Shown here one piece after another: positions 25,786 to 43,123 of a DNA stretch of 64,000 bases (its first letter is position 1; every line of letters starts with the position of its first letter). The notes under the pieces were generated by a model. It was not told the DNA's origin. It saw only the letters and a list, made by a program, of their open reading frames with translations, and searched no databases. The DNA is from Octopus vulgaris (lineage: Eukaryota), in the NCBI GenBank assembly GCA_951406725.2, contig OX597832.1, positions 68,014,001-68,078,000 on the forward strand, read 5' to 3'. The position numbers were made by a program, and so were the translations under genes.

Positions 25786-28700
25786 AATTCCAGGTTTCTG
25801 GAATAGCTTTCTTTGAAGGTTTATCTTTCGAAAAGCACCCACATTAGTAAACATTGCTGAAGTTACATCGTATACAAGAATATATCACAGAAGTAATCAT
25901 ACAACACTGAGTTACCGCAATCTTTGGTCCATAAACTTTTCCGGTTTCATTTTTTTTTAAACAAGTTCGGTCATCTCTAAATTAAACAAATGTTACGTCT
26001 CTTAAATACATGAATGAAATACGGGGAATTGTATGAATGATATAATTTTATTAATACTGTGGAAAGTATTGTTAATCAGAGCTGCCGAGCAGGAATTTAA
26101 AGTTCTTTTCCACAGATAAGAGGTCCAAGGCCCTCATTATCTAGAAAGGTGTTGTGCGTGTAACATGCACTTGTAATCACAGATTATACTTATGAAATTC
26201 ACGATCCCTTTTTCTCCAAGAGAACTGTTTGTACTTACAGTCGTAAGTCTATGACGTGTATTTTTAAGAATTTTGCCAATGCCCGACTATATGAAGCGGA
26301 ATATTTTTCAGTTGGTTTCTGTCTCATAACGAAAATATTTTAAAGATTATTATATTTATAATTAAACTGATTTAATGTATATAATTATTTAAATTTAAAT
26401 ACTGATAAGTATATAAATGTTTTATGAACAGATTTAATTAAATATATTACGGGAAATTATCATTCAGAGATAATTATCAAAATAAGCTAAAATAGTTTAT
26501 TGTTTAGACATAATTGATAGAATTTGCCGCTTATTTTCTTTGTCAAATAAAAACCTATTAATGTAAATTATGAAATTTCAAGAATTTTTGACATAATGAA
26601 GGGAAAAAATGAATGCAAAATATAATTTATGAAAAAATGTAAATTAATACATTGAAATAAGTCAGAAATGAATAGAATAATATTTTTTCAAGATTCATAA
26701 ATACGAAATTTTACTTCATATTCGTTTATGATACTAAATAATTACATATCATACATTATTCCTTACATTTCATCTTGCGAACATCAATAAAACATCTGAC
26801 GCAAACTTAATGTGTCTAAAAGAGATGGCTCTTAGAAGAGGGATATCACAGGTAAACGTCATCTTTCCATTAATTCTTTAGACAGTACCTAAGAATTAAA
26901 CCAATTCAAGTTTCTTAAATACGTAAAAACCTAGAAATAGCTGTGAAATTTCCATCAAATGCCAACCTCTTGTTTTTAAAATGTATAGATAATAAGGGTT
27001 AATGATTTCCTAACAATGCAAAAACGTGGATTGACAATGGCTGCAACCTAGAACTGATAGATGAAGGTTGCTATTTAGACGAAAAAGCACCAACGACAAC
27101 AGCATTTCACTACGTTTCAGGACGTAACTGGATATAAATGAAAGTATAAATAATATGGCTAAACATTAAATGATGTGTTCCAGGATAACAAAATAAACGA
27201 CTTACACAATTTATAAAATTATGAATGTTAAATGGTGAAAGTAATTCTAAGCGATTCCCGGCATCTGTGGCTTATTTGATTCACACAACCAAATTATTTG
27301 TATCCTAGAGGATATTATCCATTCTAATGAATATAAAAACCTCAAAGCATTAACTATTTTTAACTTTAATGAATAAGTTGTTTGGATTGTCGATCCATTT
27401 TCAAAGTTCTAGAAGGCAGCTAGGAGTTACGACAACTGATTTTTAGGCAAAAAAATTTATAGAAGCGATAATAAGACGCTCAACTCTAAAGCCAATACGG
27501 AAAATCATGTCAGTGTGATTTCTATACTGAAAGATCGAACAGCAGGTGATGCGGGATTTAAATTAATCAATGATTATTAATTGACTGAAGATAAACTGTA
27601 AGGTAGAAAGATTATCTACAGTTGCTCGACAATCTTTTCAGACAGTTTCCATTCTAAAGTGGGAGAACGTGTTCCAGTCAGAATCCCTGGAGATTTCTCA
27701 GGAACCAAATATCATAACTATCTGTGAATGGCCAGGGGTATCTATAGTGGTTATACGGTGTTTCTGATAACTCCAATAAAAGCCATAAAGGCACCACAAA
27801 GTTAAAGGCTAACGATAAAGTAATGAAAACACTCAAACGGAAATCAGTTAACTTTTAGACTTGTTCTCTTATCAGGAATCTGATAACGAAACACATCTGC
27901 AATGTTAGAGATTGTTTTGTCTGAAAATCAGATATGCCAACTGCAGACAGTAAAAAGGCATTTTATTTCATCTTCAGTTGTCACCTTTAATACCATAATT
28001 AAATAGTTTATTTGAGTATATTTCAGCAATGTTTGCTTATCCTCACTACGTGTATATTTTTGTTTAGACTAATATAACGTAAAGTCCGGCATATTAAGTC
28101 TCCGTACCCTTGCTTCTCTATTGAATCTTGGAAACATGTGATATAACAAACTAGTTTACTATACACCTCCAAGACAGCCTTGTGTGTGCGTGTGTGTAAC
28201 AATAGTAGGAATGCATACAACGTTTATCAGTTTACACGGTAGGGTTAATCGAGAAAAGGTTGACTTAACTGATCCTTTAGGTTTCAAGTTAATAAATAAA
28301 TTGCTAATGACAGAACAAAAGTATAAATATATATTAGATACCAATAATCTGTGGAAATTACGTTTTTCAGTGTGAAAAACCGTCATTACAAACACTTTAC
28401 AGAAACATCATCATACTTCATCTCAGTCTCTTTCAACATCGCATCCACCACGGCTCCCCCTTCCCACCACCACAACGGTATTCCACGTATTTTACAGCGT
28501 TTGTTAGATTGCATATTGTAAAAGCTGTCGCCGCCATCACATTTAATCGGAAAGCAATTATCAAAGCCTCGTATAAGTCACTCTTGATAAAATGACCTTC
28601 ATCAACTTCTTCACCATTTTTCCCTTTTTTCATTTCGTTTGTGTCGTTTCTTTTTTAGGTTTAAAAATAGGTAATCGCATGCCAAAATGCAATCTATTTT

Positions 28701-29659
28701 TCTGTAGTTTACATTTTCCTTTTTCTACAGTTCTTCCTTTTTTAATTCTGTTTATATCTCCATTTTTTCCTTTTCCTCTCGCCTTACCGTTATTTTTTCT
28801 CTTTCATTTTCTTTGTGCTTTTTCTCTTTTAAACTCCTATTTTTACCTTTCTTTCACATTCAGATTCTCTCGTTACTTTCTCTGTCTTTCATTTCTGTCA
28901 TCTTCACCTCTCTCCACCTCTCACTCGCTTTTTCCCTCTACTTGTACACTCTATTGTGTTCAGTATCAGGCAATTGCATGTTACATGCCAGTTCACCCTC
29001 AAACATTCTACGATGACACCTTTTACATTTGCTCAGTTATCCGATTAAAACGGAAGACTTGATTACTCTAACTTGCAGGAATATATCGGCAACAACGGCA
29101 GCAGACACGTCAACACGACAACAACAGCAACGGTGCTTTAACATAATCCTTATGTGATCGTTAGACTTGATAGAATTATCAACCAAATTGCCCTCAAAAC
29201 AGCAGACTGTCTTAGAGAAACAAAAGTAAAAGTGCACCAATCTGGCGACTTTGGAGAGGCTTTTGTTGATTATTTTGGTAAGTTTGGTTAATGTTGATCT
29301 GTGATAAAACCGACTGCTACTACCATTACTATTACTGCTAGTAGGAGGTGGGCATATATACCGAGGAAAGCAGGAGATGAGCTACAAATATTGAAAGAGA
29401 GAGCGAACAAAATATCTACGGTGAGGCGTTGAGTAGCAAGAAAAACATATAAAGGAAGAAATAGGATTAAGAATCGGGCTAGACAAGTAGACATGTGAAA
29501 AAATAGTAGTATATAGAAGGCAATTGTCGAAACAAAATGACAAGCTAAGAGATAACACAGGTGAGGGAGGGGTGATGCAAAGAAGAAAGACAACAGCTCA
29601 GAATAGAGAGGAAGTACTGGAGTGATAATGCGATGAAGTTAACCGATTCGCCTGATACA

Positions 29660-29835
29660 TATTGGCTTCAAATTTTTGCATATGCTCAGCAATTTCGGGG
29701 TGCTTAAATCGACCTCAGTGCTTAACTGCTATTTTTTTTTATCGAATCTGACATGATGAAAGGTAAAGTCAACCTTGGCAGAATTTAAACTTAGAACGTA
29801 GATACGGACGAAATGCCGTTAAGCATTTAGCCAAA
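29660..29835 (-). mobile_element. SINE family B, degenerate
   Basis: Reverse strand AAATGCTTAACGGCATTTCGTCCG..CTACGTTCTAAG..GGTTGACTTTACCTTTCATC. Confidence 0.6.
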
Positions 29836-30191
29836 GTAATTAATTATAGATTAAAGTAATTAATTAAGTAATTAATTATAGATTTCGCGGTTAACTCATT
29901 GCATTTTTAAGTGCGTACTTTAGCAATCAATAGCAGAGTATTCATTATAGATTTTATAAACAACGACTGTGTGAATAAAGCCTCCAGTAACAACGGCAGT
30001 ATTAATAAATATTATATGGCGCTCATGAGTACGATTATTACGATGTTAGTGACGAAGGAAGTGATAACAATGGTGACAATTACGAAAGAGATACTTTCGT
30101 AATTTCGTTTATTGCTGGCAACATCGTCTGTAAAATGTTGGATAAGATAGTTTGCCAGCGATTGTACTACTCGTCCATGATTACTACAATC

Positions 30192-30279
<88 letters not shown>

Positions 30280-30289
30280 GAGAGAGACA

Positions 30290-31070
<781 letters not shown>

Positions 31071-32597
31071 ATAAATAACGAGACATTTTTTACATGAACT
31101 TCCAGTACCAAATTTATATGTAAAATAATGGTATATAAAGTAAGAACAGACTAAAACCTGTTAGAAATTACATTAGGAAATAAAAGCAGCTATGTTTCAA
31201 AAGATTTATTTGTACAGCCGTTTCACTCATTCTTCCATAAGACTTACGCTGTAGAGACGAAACAAATATATGTATAAGTTGTCATTCATTTCTCATAAGT
31301 AAAATAATGTGACTCATGTGATACACTTTAAACCTTCCTTTCTACGAAAAAATGTTTTTAAAACAAAGCTATTTAAATCACAAACAATGTACTACTTAGT
31401 TGAGTCAGTTAAACCAATTTGCATATCGTACATTAATTTGTAGCGTGATTAAATCAATCAATACATTTTTGCACGAATGACGTGTATTAGAAAATTTATG
31501 TTATCTCTTATAAGTTTAGGGAATTCCAACCAGCAACATTAGTGACATGATTAAAACAATCGCATCTCGTTAGTGTATTCTTAATATATGTGAAATCTTG
31601 TATGACTGTCATCGACAGAATACAGAAGAGGCTAAATGTAGATGAAGAATTACAAAGAACTCGAGTAATCTCGTTCAGATATTTTAACAACAAGGATTCA
31701 GCGAAAAGAACATAACATTACCATAGGGATGGTGGTGGGAGGACGGTATCTAAATGAGATGTTAGATTTGCCACTCAGCCAAAACACCACTTTTTGTGGT
31801 TTTGAACTGATCAGATTGTTAACTTCAAACAACGTATAACAATTCTGTACTATTAAAGAAAGAAATTAAGTTTTTCTTTTTTAAAAAGAAATTAGAGCTT
31901 CTATTTCAAACAACAGATTTTGTGAAACTAATAGATTAAAATTAAGAATATTCATCAATTTCACAGTTCATATAATTTCTTCTCTATAGCCTTTTTTAAA
32001 AAATATCTGCTAATTATTTACGTTTTATTCTTTCAAATTCTTTACTATTTTGCATTTCATTTATATTTTAAGAATGAATATGCTATTTTAATAAGCCACT
32101 ACAGAAAAAAATGGAAAGGAACAAAAAAAACATCAATAAACAAACAAATATTTAAATTTTTTTTGTTGTTCTAGTTCACTGGTCTGATAACATAATAGCC
32201 AGCTTTTTACAAATTTTAAATATTTATTCTTAGTTTGTTTTTCACATTTTTTCTTCAGAATTTATAACATAAAAATCATTGCATCACAGATTATTTTTCG
32301 AAAATTTATTTTTATTAATGTGAAAATCAAAATTTTGATTATATGTGCGTGTTTGCATGTGTGTGTATGTACATGTGTGAGCGTGTGCATATGTGTGGGC
32401 GTGCGAGTGTGTATGTTTTGGTGTGCTAGTATATGTCTGTATCAATATGTGTATGTGTGCGTCTATATCAGTGTATAATATCATTTAACTGAATAATTAA
32501 TTAGTAATTATATAAAAATTGATAAAGCTAAAACACATGAAAGTAAAATACAGAAGGTGAAAAAAATATGTAGAAGTAACTCGAAAAGATACAGGGT

Positions 32598-32645
<48 letters not shown>

Positions 32646-33455
32646 TACAGACAGACACAAACAGACAGAACGTTTAAGACAGTGAGCGAGTAAGTATTGT
32701 GTTTTTAGTATAATGTATGCCATAGAATACAAACACCAACGTCCCAAGGTGCAGACTTGAATAATTACTCATAGATAGCTCTCTCAATATGAAACCAATG
32801 ATACCCTGGTTACCCCACGAATAAAGAATATTTATCTACCAAGGTGGTGTTGAGAAATCATTGGCGCTTTTCGGTGCTTGTGTGTGTGTGTGTTAGTGAG
32901 AGAGAGAGAGAGAGAGAGAGAAAGGGAATGCGTGTATGTGTGTGAGAGAAGAGGGAGCGTATGTGTATATGCACGTGAGTCTGTATGTGTGCGTGTGTGC
33001 CTATGTATGTGTGTGTGAGAAAATGTTCGCGTGTGTGTGTATGTTGTATGTTGTGTGGCAGAATAATTTTCTTTTGTTCGACGGTGGCTATGTAAGTCTA
33101 GAGGTAAGGCTAATTTCTGATCATAAACATTCACACTTTTAATGTTGTACGTGACACATTTCTAGCCATTTCTCTGTAATCTTCCTACACAACGTTATTT
33201 ATATGGACATCCTAAACCATTTTTCTTACACTCACACACACACACACACTCTCACACACATGTACACTGTTGAATTCACTGCATACAAATTAGAAAAATT
33301 TCGAGGGAATATGAAATAATTCTGGGAAAAATGAATCTCGAATCACATAATAACAATTAAAGGCTGCCTATGGGACACGAACCCATGTGTTTTGTAGGCG
33401 CTCGCTTCGTCCACTTTTTCCATCCCAGACAGTTTTCGAATCCAATGTATTTGTA

Positions 33456-33503
<48 letters not shown>

Positions 33504-33709
33504 AATACACACATACATACATACATACATACATACATACATACATACATACATACATACATACATACATACATACATACATACATACATACATACACAT
33601 ATATACACATCTATATACACACGATGAATGAAATAAGGTATACGGAAAGCCTCTAACAAGGTTGAATTTTTAAAAAATAACCCTTTAACATACAATTCCT
33701 TGACTGCAC

Positions 33710-33747
33710 CCTTCTGAAGATAGACGCTTGCACCCGAAATGTAAAGG
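33710..33747 (+). ncRNA. Minimal type I hammerhead in a PLE-like terminal remnant
   Basis: CCTT-CTGAAGA-15 nt-GAAA-TG-TA-AAGG; stem I CCTT/AAGG, stem II decayed. Confidence 0.55.
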
Positions 33748-34348
33748 TTTTTAAAAGTCTTCCAGCATTACTAGATACTTGCTTTATTTCTCATTTCGTT
33801 CACAATCCTACTTCTGTACTACAATGCTTCAAGTGAACTACAACGTTATTCACTTGTATTTATGTATGTACGTATGTAAGTATGTGTCTGAGTGTTTTGC
33901 TTCGCATTAAGACTAACAACACAGTGTGTAGACATTAAGGACATTAAACAAAATTTTAATCATATTTTGTCATCATAATATTTTTCTTGTCTGCAAGTTA
34001 ACTTAAACACTCAATTCTCCTAAGTATTGATGTTTCATATTTTACGGATACATAGCAATAGTTAAAATGATAATAATATACGATACATATCAATTTTACC
34101 ACTTTTTTTCTAAAAAAATATTATTGATATTTCTATTTTATATTTGTGCTATAAAACAATAAGTTTTTGTTCTATTTCAAGGCATTTTTGTTCAATTGAG
34201 TTTGACAACTCTCTCAGACACTGATATTTGAAATAAGACAATATTTTCGTTATCAGACAGACTGAAAAAGAGCCACGTATTGTTTCGTCTTTTGCACCTA
34301 TTGTTTTCTATAATTATTGATATCCCTAACGGCATTATACATATGATC

Positions 34349-34387
<39 letters not shown>

Positions 34388-35418
34388 TTTAATTGGTGAG
34401 ATCGAAAATCGTTGTGGTACAAACAATTGTTTAGCCTCAAGCAGATTGTATCGATAACACAATGGAGATGATACTCAATCAATAAAGTTTATTAATCAAC
34501 GTATGCAATTCACTCCGTCCCATATTGAATTAGATGGATATTACGAAACGAATGCAACTTTACAACTCCACTATATTGCAAGAAAAGTTATAAATAATGC
34601 AATTATCAATCAGTGGGTTTAGTGAATAGAGGACGTGATTGCGCATTACATAAGTTTCAAAGGAAACACCAAACAGAACTTACATAATTTTAAGGAATTA
34701 CATAGATGTTTAGTGTTCTTTCTACCCGGCTAATTTTCTCACGGTTTACTACTTCGTTGTCGACAATGAACATCTAAAGAACGGGTAGAAACGTACTCAA
34801 AAAGAGGGGACACTAAACGTCTATGTATTATGTTAAATAATAGATTAACGACTGTTTGATGTTTCGTTTGGGACATGTATAATGCGCAATAATTCCATTC
34901 CTTGCACCCTAAAATATGTGTGTTTGTATGTGCAAGCGTGTGTACAGAGAAAGAAATAGAGGGATGCAACCATTCATACTTATTGGCGTTTCCATATATA
35001 TATATAAGAACACACACACATACACACAACATATATACATATTTAAAAATTTATGACGGTCTGGCAAATATCCGACAGTACGTTGTGTTTTAGTAAAAAT
35101 ACAACTCACTCTTATATGCTTTCACTTTGCTATAGTTCGGTGTCATTACATGTGTGGTAAATAGTAAAGAATATTGAAATGAAATATTATCCAAGAAGAG
35201 GCACAAAACGATTCATGCATTTTAGTATTTTACGCCTATCTTTTATCCTCCTCTTCACATTTTCATTCTTCCATCAATGTAACTTATTTGAAGAAGTGTT
35301 ATTCTTGAAACGTTACAAACACTTCGTTGCTTAATATATCATTGTGCATGTAGCATTAAACTAATATCACTTTGACTGTATTAGTTTCCTCGTAAATTTG
35401 GCACTACTCACATACATA

Positions 35419-35498
<80 letters not shown>

Positions 35499-36530
35499 GA
35501 GAGAGAGTGATACATATATTATCTACATATATGTAACATGCATATATAATTTTATTTTCATATTCGTAGAAGTGTGAGTGTATGTATGTGTATCGATGTA
35601 AACACAAAGTTATATACATATATCACATAGAAGTATATTAATTAAACACCGAATATAAATGCAGTTGTCTTACATAAACATAAGCCTAGGAATGTATGGA
35701 AAGTGTTCGATTATTTTCATCTACAAAATTCCACCAAATCTCACGTGCCACAGAGACTCATGCACCAACATTATGAGAGGTTATCTCTATTATAATCACT
35801 TGTTGAATAAAAACATGAAGCACAGAGTAACAATCGTCTAAGTCATGACTTTATTTATATTTACATTGATACTACACCACATTTAAATGACGTCTGGGTC
35901 CGAGATAAGAACGATGGAACTTTACTGTACATGTAAATATCACCAGCAAAATAGAAAAAAAGGAATCGAATTGTTCATCTCTAAAATTAATTCCAGTCCG
36001 AAACAAATATTAACAAATGGAACCTTATTCCTCATATATTTAAATGTCAAACATCATTTATTCCTATAATTCTTGAAAAATAGTTATTTACTCCCGCAAT
36101 GAATCTATATTGTTCATCCAAACGGTAAAGTGTAGAGCATGTTGTTCAGAATTTTGATAAATATCATTTAAGACCATTCATCATTTGATATATTTTTTTT
36201 ATTACAAGCGGTGAGATAACATCATTTATGAGGGTGGGATTGGGGCGGAGGTACCAAAATAACTATCAAAAACTATATTTGCAGAAACAAATGTTCATTG
36301 CTTGCTGGTTTTAAATAACAAAAAGGAATAGAAAAATTTTACATATATCACTGTCAATCAAATATACACAAATATATATCAGCGAGTATGATTGTGTGAA
36401 AGATAGAAAATAGAAACATGTATAAACACATACAAACACGTATGGGTGTGTTTGTGTGTAAATAAATGATTGGACGTTTATACAGGTATCATTATATCGG
36501 CATGCATACAACCGTAGTCACACACTCATG

Positions 36531-36567
<37 letters not shown>

Positions 36568-37152
36568 TTCTTTGTAGATATATATATATGTATATATATA
36601 TATATCCTTACATATATGTGTGTATGTGGGTGGGTGTATGAGAGAGAGAGAGATAGTTTCTATGTGTTTATATGATATAAATACATGTACAAGTGTCTTT
36701 CGAAACGTATAAGTATGTGTGAGTGTGCGCGTGTCTGTATTTAAGAGTTTCCATCTGTGGAAGCTACAGAAGTGCAGAAACGAAATGGAGAAATTATTAC
36801 TATATTACAGAGATAAGGTCAAATGTTGGTTTCCTTGAAACTGAAAAATAAAATGCTTAGAGTCAGTTATAAAAATTCTCCCCTCCCCCAACATACACCT
36901 TCACACTTGATACATACATGAATATGTGGGGGTGGAGAGAAGAGGGAGAGAGAGAGTGAGAGCTGTTTGATTACATGAAGCAAATCTTAATACTGAATAG
37001 AAAACGCGAGTTTAATATATAAAGCAATGCAAACTGTTCATTTAGACTTCAGTTGTATGTCTGCTTTTTTTTCTGTAAGTTATACACTTTTCAATCTACA
37101 GCATTGAGTAAAACAGCAGAATTGATGTTATGTAAGCAAGTAAAATGGAATA

Positions 37153-37345
37153 AAGGCGGAAAACTGGTTGAATGGTTAGCACGCCGGGCTGTGTGCTTAG
37201 CAGTATTTTATCTGTCTTTATGTTCTGAGTTCAAATTATGTTGAGATCGATTATGCCTTTTATCCCTTCTGGGTCGAGGAAATAAGTACCAGTTGCTTAC
37301 TGGGGAATCGAAATTGCTGAACTTGTGGCTAAGTTTGAAACCAAT
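37153..37345 (+). mobile_element. SINE family B
   Basis: AGGCGGAAAACTGG..TTAGCACGCCGGGC..GTTCTGAGTTCAAAT..AATAAGTACCAGTTG..TTTGAAACCAAT. Confidence 0.7.
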
Positions 37346-38181
37346 ATAGGATGACTGTTTAATTTAACCTTATTTCAGAGATGAAATTCGGCTGACATTC
37401 TCTCCTACCAGTTGTGAGAAATGGAAAATAATGAGATAGGCAAAAATACTAGGGCATTTGCATACCGACACAGGTTTTGCACTCAGCTTCAAATTAAACA
37501 CTGACTTTAGCAGATGAAAGGAGGTGGAATTTGAACTCTGCATTCAGAAAACAGGAGCAGATGGTGAGAACCATCTTATCTGACATTCTAACAATCCTCC
37601 AAACTCTCAATATGGACTGATGCCTTATTACCGATTCCGTAGGCGATTCAAGACGTACGTAAATTAAACGGATTTTAATTTAACTTGTAAACTAGCGCAA
37701 AACATATTTTCCTGTGTTTCTCCTTCGCCAATATGTGTTTGTTTGTGTTTGTGTGTATCATTCTTGAAACAAAATTAGCATAGGCAGTGACTTCGAAATT
37801 TCCAACATGATGCCCTGAAGAATAATACATTTGTAATCTACCGATAGTAGGTGTGTGGGTGTAGAATGAAATACATAAGTGTGTGAGATAGTCTCTATGT
37901 GTGTGAATATGTGTGTGCGTGTGTGTGCGCGCAAATTTATCATTTAATATACGTAGTACTTAAAGTACTTAAATATATGATATAAACATTTGCTAGTTAA
38001 TTGTTGCCACAGCATGAGACAAATCGGAAAACGTGTTCAAGTATTAAATATATCAAATAATATTTATCCCTCAGCATTTGACGGGAATACAATTGCTGGT
38101 TGATACAAAAATAGCATAATAAATTATATATAAATATATTTGTGTATGTGTGTCGGGGAGGAAATATATACACACACACAC

Positions 38182-38231
<50 letters not shown>

Positions 38232-38829
38232 ATACATATGAAAATCAACAGGAGATTGGAAAAAATTGGTATTCTTTCTTCACCGTTACAAATGTTTCAT
38301 TTCCGAATACGAGTTACAAAGGTTTACATGGAGAATAAGTATGTAAGACATCTCGTAATAGAATTTCATCAAACATAGAATCAAAAACTTTTATTTGATT
38401 CTCTGACTGAAAATTTTTAATAAATGTTTTATACGTATCCCCTCAGTGTACAAGTTTGTAACTCCAATCGCAAAATGAAACACAATGTAAAAATAAGAAA
38501 ATAATACAAACAATTTCCCGATTATTATATCTTAATATGTGTCTACTTTGTAAAAATATTTTCCAGCATTTTTATTTATTAATGCATACCTCATACAATT
38601 ATAATATCTAAAATCGTTTTTTGTAGTGTCTCAATGATGTATAACTCCGGAATAATATGTCATTTCGGAGAGTCATCAGGACTTTGAGATCAAAGAGACA
38701 TCATCTGACCACATATGGCTGATGGTCATACTCATAAACACCTTTAATCACTAAACTAACCATTTATGTCAGGAACATCTCTGCTCTCAACCATCGTATT
38801 TATTTATCCTATCTCTTGTAAAATATATA

Positions 38830-39355
38830 TCAGTGAGTGGAGCAGCAGCTTTTGTTTCCCCACCTCAAATCATTTTCCATCTTAAAGAAATAATCTTCCA
38901 TATGCATGGAATCTGTCGAGCATACACATTGCCTGACACTCGCCAGCTACGGCTTCATCCAAATCTTTCATCAAGGACATATAGAAGGTCTTGCAGTCAT
39001 TCCCAACACAGAAGTGTCTTTCCGCCCACCATGGCCATGCTTCGATGAATCCCTCGAGTAACGAGTTACAGTGTTCCATGACATAATTTTTATGAGTTCG
39101 GTTGATATCGAAGAATTGTTTAGGACATCAAAATGTGAGGAAGAGGAAATGTTGATGTTGGACAAAAGACTATAAGTGATAGTACTGGGACCATGTTCAA
39201 CAGGTGTGTTCAATTCCTGGACTGGGCGGCAGGTTCTACCTTGAGCATGACATATAATTACACGTTCCTCCAGTGTATCTAATTTGAAGAAGCGTGAACC
39301 GACAGTTGCAACACATCTGCCATCTAACAGTGTTACATCTCAAATGTGCCACTGG
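38830..39355 (-). mobile_element. Tc1/mariner-superfamily transposase N-terminal relic
   Basis: Minus-strand pieces LEERVII..GRTCRPVQE.., GHGGRK.TSV and WMKP..NDLRWG resemble the helix-turn-helix region preceding the first catalytic Asp. Multiple stops. Confidence 0.35.
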
Positions 39356-39422
39356 ACTAAATGTAACAAAGACAAGAGAGTGTATATATACATATAAGGT
39401 CGTACAAATATAATTTTAGGCT

Positions 39423-39795
39423 TAGGCATGGTTGAGTTAAAAAATTGCTTCCCAACGATGTCATTTTAAGATCTGTTTCTCTGTACAGCATCTTGTTCGG
39501 TTGTCTCGAACAAGAAACCAGAACCTTCCAACATTGCGCTATGACTGAATTTGTTTGTTGAAAACTGTGAAAAGCTATTTTGTCTATATGTGCGTTTGTG
39601 TGTTTGTGAGAGAGAGGGGGGAGAGCGTGTGTGTGTTCTTTATTTTTGTCCCTGTAACTTAACAATTCGACAAAAGAAGACGATAAAATAAATAGTAGAC
39701 AACGTGAAAAAAGTCCTGATGTCGATTTGTCCGACTAACCCTGAAAGACGGTGCACCGCCACGACTGCAGTCCTATGACTAAAGCAAGTAAGAGT
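39423..39795 (+). mobile_element. SINE family A, degenerate
   Basis: GGCATGGTTGAGTTAA..TTGCTTCCCAAC..GTAACTTAACAATTCGACAAAAG..CGGTGCACCGCCACGACTGCAGTC. Confidence 0.6.
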
Positions 39796-40411
39796 CTCTA
39801 AAACTAAACATTTCAAAGTAACACTTTCAATATCATTCTTTTATATATGTTTTGCATTTTACAAATTTTACGACTGTAAATATTGATGCTTGAAGCTGTG
39901 TCTGTTTGTTTAGTGCTCACATTGTTAGTATTTTTTAAAGAGTGTTTCTCGTGTTTGAAAATAATTGGGCAGCGAGTTTGTTTACGTTAATGAGGCTACA
40001 GCTACCACTGTGGAAAACACTTTTTGCTGCTAATTCTGACGCCATATTGAAACGCGAATTACTTCAAAAATGGCGACTGTGCAAAACTCTATGCAAAGTT
40101 AAAAAATTTTCCACGATAACAACAGCAGCATAAGTTATGCTTCTGAAGTTTTATTTCGTTGACGACATATATACTTGTTCTATTTTGTTTTGGGATTGGC
40201 GGGAACAGTATTTTCTTTTTTACTAACCTATAGAATGTTTAGTAAATGAAAAAATAGATAAAATTCTATAACACAAACAATCTAAAAAGAGAGAAATACC
40301 AAAAAAGATTAATACTAAGAATTTTTTTATAATGTCTATAGTGTGTATATAGTACAGAGGCAATGTGTATGTTTGTCTGTGCATATATATGCATATGTAA
40401 ACAAATATATA

Positions 40412-40449
<38 letters not shown>

Positions 40450-40482
40450 AATAAATATATATACAAATAAATATAAATATAC

Positions 40483-40620
<138 letters not shown>

Positions 40621-42174
40621 AATATGTGTGTGTGTGCGTGCGCGTGTGCGTGTGCGCGTGTGTGTGTGTGAGAGCAGTAAGAGATATCAGAAATGACTAC
40701 GTTTCCATTGACGCCATGCTAGCAGAAACATATTCTAAGTCTTTGAAGTAATAGTAAAGATAAATAATTAATTAGACTAATATTTCTTTTATTCATATTT
40801 GTTAGAATAATATCTAAACGTTTTTCAATTACGATGCTGCCAATCTCTTTTTATGTGTGCAAACAATCGCTGTGTCCAGGTAAGCATACAAGATAATAGT
40901 GTGCCCGTTGCAATGGGCATAATGTTTATTTTTGTACTTATAGAAAAAAATCGTTGTCTTACTAAGTAGTATTTAGTTATAGTATTCAAGGTGTTGTATA
41001 TTTGTATGAATTTGTTTCCAAGTATTCGTGTATTCCTCTTTCTCCATTGCAACCATTATACAATATACTCCTTACATACTTAGTTTACATCGTAAACTTT
41101 TGTCTTACTACCAATGTGATATTAGAAGCTAACTTTCACTCGAAATTTTAAAGTAATATAAAATTTCTAACTTAGACGAAGATTTGGAATCTGAATTCTC
41201 GTCTAAGTAAAGGAAGTTTAGATTATGCAGCACAAACGAAGAATTCGAAAAGAATCCCAGGAGGTGAACCTCAAATAAATCATCAGCAAGTATTCTGACA
41301 AATACACTTCGAAATGGAATAACTGAAGAATTCAGCATTATGAAACAAGCATATACATCACATCATTTAAAAACAACCGACATACACATAAATATACAAA
41401 GATACACAAACGGCAATGAGTATGTGTGTGTGTGTAAGAGAGAGTGACAGTGTGTGTGTGTAAGAGAGAGTGACAGTGTGTGCGTGCGTGTGTGTGTGGA
41501 GTGCGGGTATTACGTGTGTCTATGCAAGAGTACAAGACTATTCAATTGATAACAGAAGCAACTGTCACAGAAAAGCACAAGGTTAAATTATACTTTGAGA
41601 ATGTCTGTACAAATTGCAAATGTATACCCTTCATTACTTATGCAGAAATATAAATTTTCTCACCTACGTCGACACCAGACACATTGATCCCTGATTAATA
41701 GAAACGGACAGCCAAACTCGCCGACATAATTTCATACTTAAAGTAAGAGTCTGAAGGTCTGTTAAAGTATTATGTGAACTAGCTATAAAAATATTGAAAA
41801 CTTCATAAAACACAATGCAGAACATAGGAATAATATTCTGCGAATATTAAACATTTCAACCACTAACAAATCACAAACATTTAAACTCGAAAAAAATTTA
41901 ACGACCTGTAATGTGTGTGTGTGTGTGCGTGTGGGGTAAGGGTGTTGAATTCAAATAGACAAATAAAAAAAAAAAAACGAATACAAACGAAAGTCAGGGG
42001 GCGTGCACAAGAAATGTATTAGCTCGACGATTGATGAATGGAGAGTTTGAAATTTGGAGCCAAAATCTTTATCGGAAAGGAGAAAGGGAGAACTCCAAAA
42101 AAGAAAAACAAATCGCCAACGGCACACGTGTAGTTACATTTATACACACGTACATACATATATACATACCTACA

Positions 42175-42360
<186 letters not shown>

Positions 42361-43040
42361 TAAATATATATATAAACTAAATACACAATAAAACTATACA
42401 AGTGAGTGTTATTTGATAATAATATTCAGACTCAACATAATTACTTAAGAAAATAAAGGGTTCATGATGATAAAAAGGTGCGGGACATCTTGGTACTGGT
42501 TGTCTGGCCCTGGATATTTGGCGTGGGTTATTCGACGCCGACTACTTTGATATCGGACGCTTTGTACAGCGTACCACGAAAATATTTTGTATTCTACTTA
42601 AGAACTAACTTATCACAATTTTAAAATATTATACTGGCGGGCGTCCATCGGTTTGAATTTATAACCTGCAATCTCTCTCTCTATTTCTTTCTCTTTCTCC
42701 TCTCTGTTCAAATCAGGCAGACTACAATCAACAAATATATATACGGGTTTAATTAGGATAAAATAAATATTGTCGAATCTGAAAATTATACTGATAAATG
42801 TTTCAGATTGGATACTTCTCACTGTAACCTAATTAAACCTATCAATGCATATGTTAATCGTAGTCAGCCTCATTTGAAAATTTCTATTGTATCTATAAAA
42901 CTTGGCTAGCAAGCTGTCTATGTTTTTCGAAACAAAATTTAAATTATATATATATACATATATATATATATACATATATATATATACATATATATATTTA
43001 TATATATTTAAATTATATATATATGTACATATATATATAC

Positions 43041-43123
<83 letters not shown>

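Noticed and set aside
38650-38685. Minus-strand CTGATGA-ctctcc-GAAA motif
   Set aside because: No stem II and no stem I complement.
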